Below, one piece after another: positions 8,872 through 19,153 of a stretch of DNA of 64,000 nucleotides. The first letter of the stretch is position 1. Each line of letters opens with the position of its first letter. Position numbers and translations under genes: made by a program. The stretch comes from Fidelibacterota bacterium MT.SAG.2 (GTDB lineage Bacteria; Fidelibacterota; SORT01): assembly GCA_004402915.1 (NCBI GenBank), contig SORU01000005.1, positions 7,559-71,558 on the forward strand, written 5' to 3'. The notes under the pieces were generated by a model. The model had not been told where the DNA came from. It made no database searches and saw only the letters and a program-made list of their open reading frames with translations.

Positions 8872-8980
8872 GTGGCGAAAATGAGCCAACCTAATCGTCA
8901 CAAAACAACATCAAACAGCGCTTCTCTACAAAAGTAAAATCCTTGACTGCATTTGTGAAGTCAAGGACTTTAGTTCGATA
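8872..8980 (+). repeat. accessory-region repeat, copy 4 (core plus hairpin tail)
   Basis: The core is GTGGCGAAAATGAGCCAACCTAATCGTCACAAAACAACATCAAAC. It is followed by AAAATCCTTGAC...GTCAAGGACTTTAGTTCGATA, which contains a 7-bp perfect stem at 8941-8947/8961-8967. Confidence 0.8.
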
Positions 8981-8998
8981 CTAAAAAGTATGGCGCTT

Positions 8999-9223
8999 CT
9001 AAATCGTCATGGGTTTTAGCATACCATCCAATTGAGTTCTTAGCTCGGGGGTGTTCTCATGACCATGGACATCAATGGCGTGTTGAACGCTTGCTGTTAC
9101 GAGGTCTTCTCTTTGATCAACAGGGGACATCAGAACAAGCTTGCATCCCATTTCGCTAGGTAAGTCGCCGCAATTTGCTACTAACCATTCACCTTTAACA
9201 TTGAGTGTTTCTTCGATGCTCAT
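8999..9223 (-). CDS. DUF1059-like small metal-binding protein
   Basis: The 74-aa protein shows the pattern CGD...GC...ED.V....QHAIDVHGH typical of DUF1059. Confidence 0.55.
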   Translation of the reverse strand: MSIEETLNVKGEWLVANCGDLPSEMGCKLVLMSPVDQREDLVTASVQHAIDVHGHENTPELRTQLDGMLKPMTI

Positions 9224-9384
9224 TTGTTTCCTCCAAGTTATACATTTAATTACGAATCAATTATAAAGCATTTTAAAATACTTTAAAGGGTTTGCCGAGT
9301 CAAGAATTTAATTATTACCAATTATCTATTCTAATTATAAAGCTAAAATCCTCGTGGTTTCTAATTTCGATGAATTACATTAGT

Positions 9385-9429
9385 GTGGCGAAAATGAGTC
9401 AACTTAAACGTTACGAAACAACATCAAAC
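9385..9429 (+). repeat. accessory-region repeat, copy 5 (core; degenerate tail to about 9500)
   Basis: The sequence is GTGGCGAAAATGAGTCAACTTAAACGTTACGAAACAACATCAAAC. Confidence 0.8.
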
Positions 9430-9566
9430 AGCACTATTACGGAATGAATAATTGATAAGTGGAAATATATAAGGTTTTTGGTGAATTCTAAAATCTTATT
9501 GTGTATCATATTGAGTGTTCAATGCATAAGGGCCGTGCAATATTACTCTAATTGAGGAGGTTAGTT

Positions 9567-9935
9567 ATGGAAAATATGATTACTTGGTTCGAAATTCCGG
9601 CAAAAGATTTCAACAGGGCAACGAATTTTTATAGAAATATATTAAGTATAGAAATTGAAGAACTTGATTTAGGGAATTTAAAAATGGGATTACTGCCGAA
9701 TGATGGCAAAAATGTTTCGGGCGCAATTGTAAAATACGAAAGTTATGAACCGAGAGACCAAGGTGTCTTGATATACCTAAATGGTAAAGATGATCTGAAC
9801 GATATGCTTTCCAAAGTTGAAGGAGAAGGCGGCAAAATAATTATGGATAAGAGACAAATTAGCGATGAATTTGGTTATATGGCATTATTTATGGATACCG
9901 AAGGCAATAGGATAGCTCTTCATTCCCACAATTAA
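9567..9935 (+). CDS. VOC family (glyoxalase/bleomycin-resistance fold) protein
   Basis: ATG 9567 lies 6 nt after GAGGAGG. ITWFEIPAKDFNRATNFY...GNRIALHS is typical of small VOC proteins. Confidence 0.7.
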   Translation: MENMITWFEIPAKDFNRATNFYRNILSIEIEELDLGNLKMGLLPNDGKNVSGAIVKYESYEPRDQGVLIYLNGKDDLNDMLSKVEGEGGKIIMDKRQISDEFGYMALFMDTEGNRIALHSHN

Positions 9936-9986
9936 TAAAAAGTAGATTAACCAAACTTTCATGGCCACTCTTCAATAATTCAAAGG

Positions 9987-10112
9987 GTGGCGAAAATGAG
10001 CCAACCTAAACGTCACAAAACAACATCAAACGACACGAAACAACACTAATCGACAATTAGAAAAATCCCCGATTTCTTAAGTGAAATCAAGGACTTTGGC
10101 TCTATATCTTTG
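9987..10112 (+). repeat. accessory-region repeat, copy 6 (full length, abuts the tRNA 3' end)
   Basis: The core GTGGCGAAAATGAGCCAACCTAAACGTCACAAAACAACATCAAAC is followed by an internal sub-repeat (GACACGAAACAACACTAATC) and the tail AAAATCCCCGATTTCTTAAGTGAAATCAAGGACTTTGGCTCTATATCTT. Confidence 0.85.
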
Positions 10113-10186
<74 letters not shown>

Positions 10187-10279
10187 ATCATCGGGTGGCA
10201 TTATACTATCCTCTCTTTTTAGTGTCAAGCTCTGAATACTCAATAGTCGAATAATCGTCATAAAAATCGAGTAAAAAAG

Positions 10280-10900
10280 CTATCTGAACAGAACGTTGCC
10301 GCCTGAGGCATCTACGACAGCGGATCTGAACTTATCGACTTCGCTCAATCGAACTGAAACCGTCACTAACGCTTTGCCGTCTTCATGATCCTGCCGGACT
10401 TCCGCCTTAAATCTCGACGCAACCCGTAAAACATTGTTTAGCAACGGATAGTCGATCAACAGGGTCAGATCTTCTCTGATAGTCTCTTCGATGATAGTGC
10501 CGCTGCCTTTGGCAGTCTCGATCAGCAGCTTCACGCATCCGCCGTAAGCGCGAATGAGTCCTCCGACACCAAGTTTCGTTCCGCCGAAATAGCGTGTGAC
10601 GATAACTATAAGGTTTGTCAGTTCAGCTCCTTCAATAACAGAAAGCATCGGCGCGCCCGCCGAGCCTGACGGTTCACCGTCATCGCCCGAAAGCCCTATG
10701 ATCTTATCACCATGACCGACACGATATGCCCAGCAATTATGTGTGGCATCATGATACTTTTTTTTGATCTTCTCGAGATTCATCTTTGCTTCCTGTTCAT
10801 CTTGAACGTGGAAGGCAGATCCGATGAATTTGGAGCCTTTTTCTTTCAGAAGGGAGCTCGCATCACCCTTTATTGTGAGAAAAGTGTCAACTTCGGACAT
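10280..10900 (-). CDS. yigZ: YigZ/IMPACT family protein
   Basis: HNCWAYRVG...DDGEPSGSAGAPML...VTRYFGGTKLGVGGLIRAYG is the UPF0029 signature. Confidence 0.85.
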   Translation of the reverse strand: MSEVDTFLTIKGDASSLLKEKGSKFIGSAFHVQDEQEAKMNLEKIKKKYHDATHNCWAYRVGHGDKIIGLSGDDGEPSGSAGAPMLSVIEGAELTNLIVIVTRYFGGTKLGVGGLIRAYGGCVKLLIETAKGSGTIIEETIREDLTLLIDYPLLNNVLRVASRFKAEVRQDHEDGKALVTVSVRLSEVDKFRSAVVDASGGNVLFR

Positions 10901-10909
10901 TTTTATTGT

Positions 10910-12631
10910 TTATCTGAGCAATGTAAATTTGCCGCTGATCTTGACGCCGTCACCCGTTATTTGATAAAGATATATGCCACTTGAAAGTCTGATGTCAGGA
11001 GAGTATGTGAGTGAATTAACCCCCTGTGAAAGCATGCCTAACTCTTCTCGATACACTGTTCTGCCGAGCAGATCGTAAACTATGAAAAAGCCCGAGTTAA
11101 TGGCGGCGGTAATCTCATAACTAATATTGATAGTTGTGTTATCAGCATCATATTCCAATGGATTAGGATATAAAGCAATTACAGAATCAGGAGGAATGCT
11201 GGTTATGCGAACACTTATACTGTATCTTTCCCGTCCCTCGTCGCTGATCTTAAACGAACCATTGGCAGCAGCGATGATTAAACCCGAAGAAGAGCTGACG
11301 TTCGCGGCATTAGTTGAAACCCCGGACGGAAGTGATATAATTAGCGGGGGTTGGGCAGTCATGGTGGATCCCCAAACTTCCTGTTTGTTATTCGCTGAAA
11401 ATGTGGCTTTAATATCTAAAGAACGAGTCGGCGTAAATCGATACAACCTAAATGCGAGCTGATCTAACCCGATCAAAGGCGGGATATCAATTGCATCGGA
11501 TAAGAAAGTGTCGACTTCCGCAACTAATGTAGAGCCGGGATAAAGAAAAGCTTCTTCGAAAAAGACTCCATTGATGCTTCTTGAACCTGTGAACCAGGTC
11601 CACAGCGCGAATTTTCCGAAAGCGGCTTTAAGACCGTCGGTTGTTTCAACGTCGAGTTTTAATGCCATATCGATCGATGTTGTTGCGGAATTATCTACTA
11701 TAAATTCCCAAATTGATCTCATTATGCCGATATTATAATTCTCTTCAAGAAACTTACCGAAAATCGCCGCCGAAAAGCCATTTGAGCTGAATAATGACCT
11801 GCTTGTTGTTCTGTAATAGCTACCGATGTAATTCACATAGTCGTTTACCTCATCGTAGCCAACATCCTCGAACCAGGTCGAAGCAAGCTCAAAAAACCAT
11901 CGATCTTGAGATCTGAAATTATATGCGAGCTGAACGGAATGAAAATACTCATGAACCGCCGTTACGCGCATTCCATCAAGTCCGCGCGAAAAATAGCTAC
12001 TCTCGACATAATCATTGTCCATCATTATATATGAGGTATTGACCGTATCTTCGAATTGATCAGAAACAATAAAACCATAAAATTGACCGGATAGTTGCTG
12101 TATATAAACATCTTGTTCCGGTTCTTCGACTGAATCGACAGCAGGTTCGCGATATCCGAGCGAATCGATGAGCAGATGGCGCGCCCATTCGTAAGCAAGA
12201 CCTGATTCGTGGATCCAATCAGGAACTGTTTTCCCAAGAGTATAATTCAGTTCCACCGCATGTGTCCCGGTCGTGTCGTAATGAATAATAAAATTGCCAC
12301 TCTCTGTTTTGTAAGACGCCTGAGTCAGAGGTCTTGGCTCATGATCCAAAAAGGCCGCTTTTTCAAGGGAGTTGAGCCGGCTAATTATCTCTGCACGCAC
12401 AGGAAACATACATTTTATCGCCATCTCATCCTGTTCCGATTGATATTCTCCTGCTCGCAAGCGTTGATAGAGCGATCTTAGATCAGCCGCATATTCATGC
12501 TCACTCAATTCATTTTCGAGATATCGTTCGCGTAATTTGGTATAAGCATCCTGAGCGAAGAGCGTAGAGGGGCTCAGAAACAATGCCATAAGCAATGTTA
12601 TATTCATGAGAAAGCGTTGTATAAATATCAC
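10910..12631 (-). CDS. secreted putative zinc metalloprotease (HEYFH) with T9SS C-terminal sorting domain
   Basis: It has a signal peptide, the HExxH motif VTAVHEYFHSVQ, and a C-terminal LYPNP...VYDLLGRTV...SSGIYLYQI...KFTLLR sorting-domain pattern. Confidence 0.6.
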   Translation of the reverse strand: MIFIQRFLMNITLLMALFLSPSTLFAQDAYTKLRERYLENELSEHEYAADLRSLYQRLRAGEYQSEQDEMAIKCMFPVRAEIISRLNSLEKAAFLDHEPRPLTQASYKTESGNFIIHYDTTGTHAVELNYTLGKTVPDWIHESGLAYEWARHLLIDSLGYREPAVDSVEEPEQDVYIQQLSGQFYGFIVSDQFEDTVNTSYIMMDNDYVESSYFSRGLDGMRVTAVHEYFHSVQLAYNFRSQDRWFFELASTWFEDVGYDEVNDYVNYIGSYYRTTSRSLFSSNGFSAAIFGKFLEENYNIGIMRSIWEFIVDNSATTSIDMALKLDVETTDGLKAAFGKFALWTWFTGSRSINGVFFEEAFLYPGSTLVAEVDTFLSDAIDIPPLIGLDQLAFRLYRFTPTRSLDIKATFSANNKQEVWGSTMTAQPPLIISLPSGVSTNAANVSSSSGLIIAAANGSFKISDEGRERYSISVRITSIPPDSVIALYPNPLEYDADNTTINISYEITAAINSGFFIVYDLLGRTVYREELGMLSQGVNSLTYSPDIRLSSGIYLYQITGDGVKISGKFTLLR

Positions 12632-12638
12632 TGCAGAT

Positions 12639-14060
12639 TTACTCGGTGTAAAGAGTTATGACTCGTAATATTCCGGCGGAGCATACTTTACAGAACTGAT
12701 CGGGGTTCCGCGTAAACATTATACAATCTGCCTCCGGTCTGTATAATCCTTTGCCTCTATACATTGCGCCCTCGAATGCTCCGACCTTCCCAAAGTATTT
12801 TTCCGATCTGAGCATCGGTTCGGTGATGTTTTTCACCTCCCGGAAGAGCTTTTCCATATCGCTTTCCGAAGCGCCCTTTGCTCGCATCTCTGTCCGTTTT
12901 TTCTGGTATTCATACGATGCCTTATCGTATTGTTCTTGATTCCACGGTGTCGGAATCGGAGTAGATTCAGCTGTATACTTTTTCCACTTCAAATTTTCAG
13001 GGTCGATAAGCGCGGTTGCATTCGGTTCCCAAGGTTCCACGCCGGGAGCATTGAAATCTTCATACGCTACCGAGGATGTATAGTATTCATCCGCGAGCCC
13101 CGCGAACGAATGCCCGAATTCATGCACAAAAACATAAGCCGCCGGTTCCGTGTCTGAGCTCGTCGTAGCGTAAAGGTTAAATATTCCGCCGCCGCCGTAT
13201 TTACGTGTGTTAGCGACCATCATAATTGCATCGTATGGAGCGTTTGCGGCGATCTCCCTTATTGCTTCATTCTCGAATGAAAGTACGTAGCGGTCTGAAT
13301 CGAAAGCGTTGAAACTCAATCCGAGAGGTGTATTGACCCAGAAATGCATTCGTGGATTACTTATGCCGGATCTGTCAGAAGCGATGTCGATTGCCCTAAC
13401 GTTAAAATTTTTCTTTTGAGACTTGAACGGTTCAGTATCGAAAAGAACCCCGACTAATTTCTTCACATCGGAATGAAACTTCTTTTTTTCTTTTGACGTG
13501 TAACCGTCACCGAGAATTAAAATATCTACTTTATTCTCGATCTTACCATTCTCAAACAGAGTCCAAACTTTTCCATATTCATGCAAAGGTGAGCGGTCTA
13601 TGAATCGACTTTTCGGGTCTATAACGGTTGAATATATTTCGCTGAATGAGCCGTTGTTAAGTCGTTTTTTCAATACGAGTTGAACCTTATCTTTCGGCTC
13701 CGGGAAACGCTGCGATTCATGAATGGATTTCCAAACACCGCGCCGTGCTTCTCTTGTGGTCTCCCATTCGCCGTATATGCTTGCAAAACCGCGGGAGTAG
13801 ATAACCCGATTTGTTTTAAGATCGATCACTTCAAATAAATACTTACCGAGGTTCGTATCGTCTATGAGCTTTATCCTTCCGCCGGGCCATTTCCCTTCCA
13901 ACCGAATCTTATCCAGACTGATGTGTTCTTCGGATGAAACACCGCTGTGATAGTAGTCGAAGCGCAAAGTGCTGCCTGTAAAGAGCTTATCGAAATCTCC
14001 GGCTGATGCCGTAGAAAAAAACAATAGTAGCAATAAAACTCTATTCATATAGTTCTCCAA
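12639..14060 (-). CDS. M64 family (IgA-peptidase-like) metallopeptidase
   Basis: ILILGDGYT and VHEFGHSFAGLADEYY motifs are present, along with a signal peptide. Confidence 0.75.
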   Translation of the reverse strand: MENYMNRVLLLLLFFSTASAGDFDKLFTGSTLRFDYYHSGVSSEEHISLDKIRLEGKWPGGRIKLIDDTNLGKYLFEVIDLKTNRVIYSRGFASIYGEWETTREARRGVWKSIHESQRFPEPKDKVQLVLKKRLNNGSFSEIYSTVIDPKSRFIDRSPLHEYGKVWTLFENGKIENKVDILILGDGYTSKEKKKFHSDVKKLVGVLFDTEPFKSQKKNFNVRAIDIASDRSGISNPRMHFWVNTPLGLSFNAFDSDRYVLSFENEAIREIAANAPYDAIMMVANTRKYGGGGIFNLYATTSSDTEPAAYVFVHEFGHSFAGLADEYYTSSVAYEDFNAPGVEPWEPNATALIDPENLKWKKYTAESTPIPTPWNQEQYDKASYEYQKKRTEMRAKGASESDMEKLFREVKNITEPMLRSEKYFGKVGAFEGAMYRGKGLYRPEADCIMFTRNPDQFCKVCSAGILRVITLYTE

Positions 14061-14113
14061 AACATGATTTTAATGGCGTGAAGTTAATCACGAATATGTA
14101 CTTAGTCAAATAA

Positions 14114-14800
14114 ATGATTTTCGAATTATCACTCAATTGGTTGCGGAGCAATGAAAAGAACTGTAAGTTAAACTATGTCGTTCGTCAGCATGGAAGTAAA
14201 AGGAGAAGACCGATCAAGAAATTTATAATTCAGATCAGTCCGTTTTTCCTGATCATAGGAGCTCTACTACAAGGATGCGGTTCTGACAGAGTCATTGTTC
14301 AACTGAATACCGAGTTAGGGAATATCACGTTAGAGATTTATGAAAAAGAGGCTCCGCTGACGGCATCAAACTTCCTGAGATATGTCGATGAGGGATTATT
14401 TAAGGACGCTATGTTTTACAGGGTCGTAACCAAAAGAAATCAGCCTCAAAACGATATTAAGATCGAAGTCATTCAGGGAGGTCTTTTTACGGAAGAAAAG
14501 ATGTATGAACCGATAGCGCATGAGACGACAGAAGAGACGGGGATACTACATAAGGATGGAGTTATCTCGATGGCGAGGAATGAACCGGGAACGGCAACTT
14601 CGGAGTTCTTCATTTGCGTTGGTGACCAACCGGAGCTGGATTTCGGCGGGAAGCGCAATCCTGACGGTCAAGGTTTTGCCGCTTTCGGCAAAGTTATTGA
14701 AGGAATGGATGTAGTCAGAGAGATACAACAACAACCTGAAATAGAACAGATGTTAAATCATCAGGTTCATATACTAAACATAAGTCGAAAGAGTTTATAA
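14114..14800 (+). CDS. cyclophilin-type peptidyl-prolyl cis-trans isomerase (lipoprotein-like); start uncertain
   Basis: GVISMARNEPGTATSEFFICVGDQPELDF...FGKVIEGMDVV is present. The leader ends in LLQGCGS. The first 30 codons of the called ORF are doubtful. Confidence 0.8.
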   Translation: MIFELSLNWLRSNEKNCKLNYVVRQHGSKRRRPIKKFIIQISPFFLIIGALLQGCGSDRVIVQLNTELGNITLEIYEKEAPLTASNFLRYVDEGLFKDAMFYRVVTKRNQPQNDIKIEVIQGGLFTEEKMYEPIAHETTEETGILHKDGVISMARNEPGTATSEFFICVGDQPELDFGGKRNPDGQGFAAFGKVIEGMDVVREIQQQPEIEQMLNHQVHILNISRKSL

Positions 14801-15014
14801 CGTTTTTTATGTGGTAGAACCCGATAAAATCAAGACTATAAATATTTAAATATTACTGTATCTTAAAGTAAGAAATTGATTAGATTAACTCCTTGTTGAA
14901 ATTAAAACGAAATTGATTAAATGGGGGCTATAAAAGACTTGGGAAATGAAGGACAAGAAGTAAGCTTTTTGTTAGCAACTATGAATAGAGTGACTAAATC
15001 ATGGGGATTAATAA

Positions 15015-16037
15015 ATGGCGATTAAAATCGGTATTAACGGCTTTGGAAGAATAGGGCGATCAGTATTACGGGCTGCTAAGCTCATCCGTAAATCAGACTT
15101 CGATTTTGTGGCGATAAACGATCTTACCGACGCGGAAAAACTTTCTACGGTTCTGAAATACGATTCAGTACACGGTACATATCCGGGCGAGATCAGCATA
15201 AGTAACGGCAATCTTTCCGTTGACGGCGATATTATAAAAATGGTATCTGAGCGGAACCCTGCAGATCTGCCTTGGGGAGAACTTGAAGTTGACTTTGTCA
15301 TCGAGGCTACAGGATTATTCAGGGAGCGGAAGCAATTAGAAGGACACTTAAACGCAGGGGCTAAAAAGGTTATTCTGACCGTGCCGCCAAAAGATGATAT
15401 TGATGCTACGATAGTTCTTGGAGTGAATGACGATACTCTGACGGGAGAGGAGAAAATAATTTCCAACGCATCTTGCACAACCAATTGTGCTGCGACAGTT
15501 ACAAAGGTTATACATGAAGCATTCGATATCAAAAGAGGTTATCTGAGTACCATTCATGCATATACTATGGATCAAAAGCTTCTTGATTATCCTCACAAGG
15601 ATATGAGAAGAGCAAGAGCGGCGTCGTTATCGATCATACCTACATCCACAGGAGCGGCTAAAACTTTAGGTGTTGTTCTCCCGAGCCTTGCAGGCAAGGT
15701 AGACGGCATGTCATTTAGAGTGCCGATACCTGATGGTTCAATAGTCGATCTGATTTTTGAGGTTAATAAACCCACTACGGTTGAAGAGATCAACAGAGTA
15801 ATGAAGGAAGCAACTGAAAATGATATGATGGGTTACATAGAATACACCGAGGATCCGATAGTGTCAGTAGATATAAAAGGGAATATTCATTCCGCTATAT
15901 TCGATTCTCAACTCACCCGGGCGATGGATCCCAATTTTATTAAGGTGTCAGCCTGGTATGATAATGAAATGGGTTATGCTTGCAGGGTCGTAGATCTTAT
16001 TTCAAAAATTAGTGAACTTTCCGGAGCAGCTTCCTAA
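15015..16037 (+). CDS. gap: type I glyceraldehyde-3-phosphate dehydrogenase
   Basis: The N-terminus is INGFGRIGR and the active site is SNASCTTNC. Confidence 0.95.
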   Translation: MAIKIGINGFGRIGRSVLRAAKLIRKSDFDFVAINDLTDAEKLSTVLKYDSVHGTYPGEISISNGNLSVDGDIIKMVSERNPADLPWGELEVDFVIEATGLFRERKQLEGHLNAGAKKVILTVPPKDDIDATIVLGVNDDTLTGEEKIISNASCTTNCAATVTKVIHEAFDIKRGYLSTIHAYTMDQKLLDYPHKDMRRARAASLSIIPTSTGAAKTLGVVLPSLAGKVDGMSFRVPIPDGSIVDLIFEVNKPTTVEEINRVMKEATENDMMGYIEYTEDPIVSVDIKGNIHSAIFDSQLTRAMDPNFIKVSAWYDNEMGYACRVVDLISKISELSGAAS

Positions 16038-16873
16038 TTTCTGGCGCGAAGTATGGTTCGTCCTTCAACAATACCATTTCTATCAATCAACGCTTTGCTT
16101 ACCCACGTATTTTCAGGACCGAGAAAGGGGAGTAACTGATCATCGAGGTATATTGCAACGGATCTGGTTTTACTAATTCTCAAAGAAAATTGTTCGTAGC
16201 CTTCCCAAGTATGTTCTTCACCAAGTCGCTGGAATGTGATGTCATCGGCATCCGTAACTTCGCCGTCGGTTTTAACTACTACCCGAACTCTGAGGCTATC
16301 CATGGAGATGATCCTCAAACTCAACAACGGAGTAAATTCATTGTCAATTTCGAAATTAACGGCGGAATCTGAATCGATGGCAGCTATAGCAATAGAAGTG
16401 TCGATAATTGCAGGGTCCACACTGCCGTTTTCCAAAGCAGTAGATTCTCCACCGTTGGTTTTACCTGTTGAAGTATCCTCTATCGAGCAAAATTTCACCG
16501 ATAATAGTAAGAGAATAAATATTGTAGCTCCTCCGAATAATAAGGTTACGGATTTCTTTTTTGGTTTTTCCTCAGAATCACCATTTTGTTCTCCTTCGGC
16601 AAGTTCCCTGCGTGCTCTTCTTTTTTCTTTCGGTAATTCCTCGGCGGAGCGGAATAACCTATATCGTCTTGCTGTATCATCGGGATCAATACCTATTTCC
16701 TTGGCATAAGCTTTGATAAATAATACAATATACGGATCAGGTAAAAGATCATATTCCCCGGATTCTATGGCGTGTAAATACTGGGGATTAATTTTTGTGA
16801 CACTCGAAATATCTTCAATCGAGAGACCGCGTGCAAGCCTGCTTTCGCGTAATTCTTCGTAAAAATTTGTCAT
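16034..16873 (-). CDS. RodZ-like helix-turn-helix membrane protein
   Basis: An N-terminal HTH (LRESRLARGLSIEDISSVTKINPQYLHAIESGEY) is followed by a charged linker, a TM segment and a C-terminal DUF4115-like domain. Confidence 0.65.
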   Translation of the reverse strand: MTNFYEELRESRLARGLSIEDISSVTKINPQYLHAIESGEYDLLPDPYIVLFIKAYAKEIGIDPDDTARRYRLFRSAEELPKEKRRARRELAEGEQNGDSEEKPKKKSVTLLFGGATIFILLLLSVKFCSIEDTSTGKTNGGESTALENGSVDPAIIDTSIAIAAIDSDSAVNFEIDNEFTPLLSLRIISMDSLRVRVVVKTDGEVTDADDITFQRLGEEHTWEGYEQFSLRISKTRSVAIYLDDQLLPFLGPENTWVSKALIDRNGIVEGRTILRARN

Positions 16874-16990
16874 AAAAACGATTGCTCCGTCTGTAATTGG
16901 TGAATATTACTTAAGTTGTTATTGAGAGTCAAATATAAAATGGAAAACAAGATAAGATTGGTAATAAAATATAGAGGAAACTGCTGAAGA

Positions 16991-19153
16991 ATGAATGGAC
17001 TGCTGAACATTGCCTTACACTGGAATTTTCATCAACCGCAGTACGCCGATCCGGAAGACAGAGCTAATTCACAGCCGTGGGTAAGACTACATGCTGTTAG
17101 AGAGTATTTGGACTTGGGTTTGATTATGCAGAAGTTTCCAAATGTAAAATCTACCATTACAATGTCATCCTGCCTTATAGACCAGCTGCAACAATATGAA
17201 AATGGTTTTGAAGACAGCTTTCTCTCACTGTTAAAATTGAATCCTCAAGATATGAACGAAGAGATAAAATCCGCATTTCTTCCAAAAATATTCGATATTT
17301 ATGCCTCCGATTCCATGTTGGAGAAGGCGGAATGGTCAAAAGTTTATGAAACATGGAATAAAAGAGTGAAGAACGTAGGATTGGAAAAAGCAGCTAATTT
17401 GACTACAGGCCAAGAAATTCTTGATATTCAAACCTTATTTCTTCTCGGATGGAGCGGGAATAGCTTGTTGAATTCAGCTGAACTCGAGAAAATAATAATA
17501 AAGGAGAGTGGATTCACTGTCGAAGAGAAGATAGTTGTTCTTAATCTTCATGAACAATTGCTACCTAAGATTATTCCCCTGTATAAGGAGCTTGCTTCAA
17601 CGGAACAAGTGGAATTGTCAATTTCGCCTTACTACCATCCGATACTTCCTCTTTTGATAGATAATGATTACGGGAAGATAGCAGATCGATATTGTGAAGA
17701 GTCTTCTTTACATTTTGAATTTCCGTCTGATGCCGAGAAACAGGTGCGAGATGCGTTTAAATTACATGAAAAAGTATTTGAGGAGAAGCCGTTAGGAATG
17801 CTGCCCCCGGAAGGTTCAGTATGCTTCGAAGTCATTGAACTTTGTTCCCGTGAGGGTATCAAATGGCTGACCACCGATGAGCAGGTATTACTCCGGTCAG
17901 TTGAAGGAGACTTGGATGCAGAAATGAAATTCCGTGCATATAATATTGAAGGGATTGAGAACTCCCCGGCGGTCTTTTTCAGATGTCAGGAACTTTCGGA
18001 ATCTATTGCTGCGGAATATTTTGATATCAGTCCTAAATCAGCTGTCGATGATTTATTCAACAAATTCGCTATAATTAGAGATTCCATATCAGGGGATCAT
18101 AAAAAATATATTGTTCCAATTCTGCTCAATGTCGAAAACAGCTGGGAATTCTTTCCGGAGAACGGCATTCCGTTTCTCAATGAATTGTACTCCCGTCTCA
18201 GCGATTCTGAAATGGTCAGGACGGTCACGATGAAGGACTATCTTGAAGAAGCAGGGGAACTCCCTGTCATCTACAATATCCAGCCGGGTTCTATAGTCGA
18301 TGGTAATTTCAATAGTTGGATAGGTCAGGAACAGAAAAATAGAGCGTGGGACGTGCTTACCGAGGCAAGGAAAGCATTAGAGAAAGCAGGTGAGCGGGAT
18401 GATGTTAAAAAAGAACCGTTCAAAGGACGATATGAAGCCGCATATCGGAACATTCTCGCTTCGGAAGGCAGCGATTGGTTTTGGTGGTATGGAAAGAGAA
18501 GATCCTTGCCTCGAGGCAGGCTATTTGATGAACTATACCGGTCACATCTCATAAAAGTATATAGCTATCTTAATTTGTCTATTCCCGAAGAGCTGCTTAA
18601 ACCATTGGATTATTATGTTGAAGAGGGGGCAGCAGCGCCGGAGGCAATGCTGACTCCGGATGTGGATGGAAAAGAAACGGAAGCCGGTGAGTGGGATGCT
18701 GCCGGTTATTGGTATTTGGAGGAAGTTGCAGGAAGGCAGGCGGAATATATATTTAGCGGAGTGAAATACGGCTTTGATAAAGAGAATCTGTATCTCCGGC
18801 TTGACGGCGATTCCGGATTATTAAGATCCACAGAAGAGAAAGTTGCCTTAGATATCTGCATTGTGAAACCCGTCGAGGCTGTGATAACGGTTTCGTTGAC
18901 AGACCAATTAGAGATCATAAAATATAAATCTCAAGGAGTGACGAGGGATATTACAGGTGGAGAAATGAACCTTCAGGATCTGATAGAAGTCAAGCTGCCG
19001 CTTAGCGAGATAGGCTTAGGGATGAATGAAAAATTTTATTTTTTTGTAAGATTAACCTTCGAAGGAAAAGAACTTGAGCGGCTTCCAAAACAGGGTGTTA
19101 TCAAAACAGTTACTCCTTCAGAGGAAAGAAAAACCAAGAGATGGTACCATTAG
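16991..19153 (+). CDS. glycoside hydrolase family 57 protein (alpha-glucan acting)
   Basis: The N-terminal LHWNFHQPQY...VRLHAVREY and the overall 720-aa architecture are typical of GH57. Confidence 0.7.
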   Translation: MNGLLNIALHWNFHQPQYADPEDRANSQPWVRLHAVREYLDLGLIMQKFPNVKSTITMSSCLIDQLQQYENGFEDSFLSLLKLNPQDMNEEIKSAFLPKIFDIYASDSMLEKAEWSKVYETWNKRVKNVGLEKAANLTTGQEILDIQTLFLLGWSGNSLLNSAELEKIIIKESGFTVEEKIVVLNLHEQLLPKIIPLYKELASTEQVELSISPYYHPILPLLIDNDYGKIADRYCEESSLHFEFPSDAEKQVRDAFKLHEKVFEEKPLGMLPPEGSVCFEVIELCSREGIKWLTTDEQVLLRSVEGDLDAEMKFRAYNIEGIENSPAVFFRCQELSESIAAEYFDISPKSAVDDLFNKFAIIRDSISGDHKKYIVPILLNVENSWEFFPENGIPFLNELYSRLSDSEMVRTVTMKDYLEEAGELPVIYNIQPGSIVDGNFNSWIGQEQKNRAWDVLTEARKALEKAGERDDVKKEPFKGRYEAAYRNILASEGSDWFWWYGKRRSLPRGRLFDELYRSHLIKVYSYLNLSIPEELLKPLDYYVEEGAAAPEAMLTPDVDGKETEAGEWDAAGYWYLEEVAGRQAEYIFSGVKYGFDKENLYLRLDGDSGLLRSTEEKVALDICIVKPVEAVITVSLTDQLEIIKYKSQGVTRDITGGEMNLQDLIEVKLPLSEIGLGMNEKFYFFVRLTFEGKELERLPKQGVIKTVTPSEERKTKRWYH

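Noticed and set aside
9996-10049. Mini-ORF MSQPKRHKTTSNDTKQH inside the repeat core as a real peptide gene
   Set aside because: It has no ribosome-binding site, and the differences between copies are mostly non-synonymous with divergent C-termini. Conservation is better explained at the nucleotide or structure level.
5173-10112. Interpretation of the six repeats as classical integron attC sites
   Set aside because: I could not find the RYYYAAC...GTTRRRY inverse core pair on either strand. No intI-type integrase or attI is present, and some units hold genes in the opposite orientation. The array is kept as a finding but is not called an integron.
5173-10112. Interpretation of the repeats as a CRISPR array
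   Set aside because: The spacing is 500-1550 bp and contains full genes. The repeats are 45-125 nt and diverged, and no cas genes are present.
15008-15532. 174-aa minus-strand ORF
   Set aside because: It is antisense to gap, which has unambiguous GAPDH motifs.
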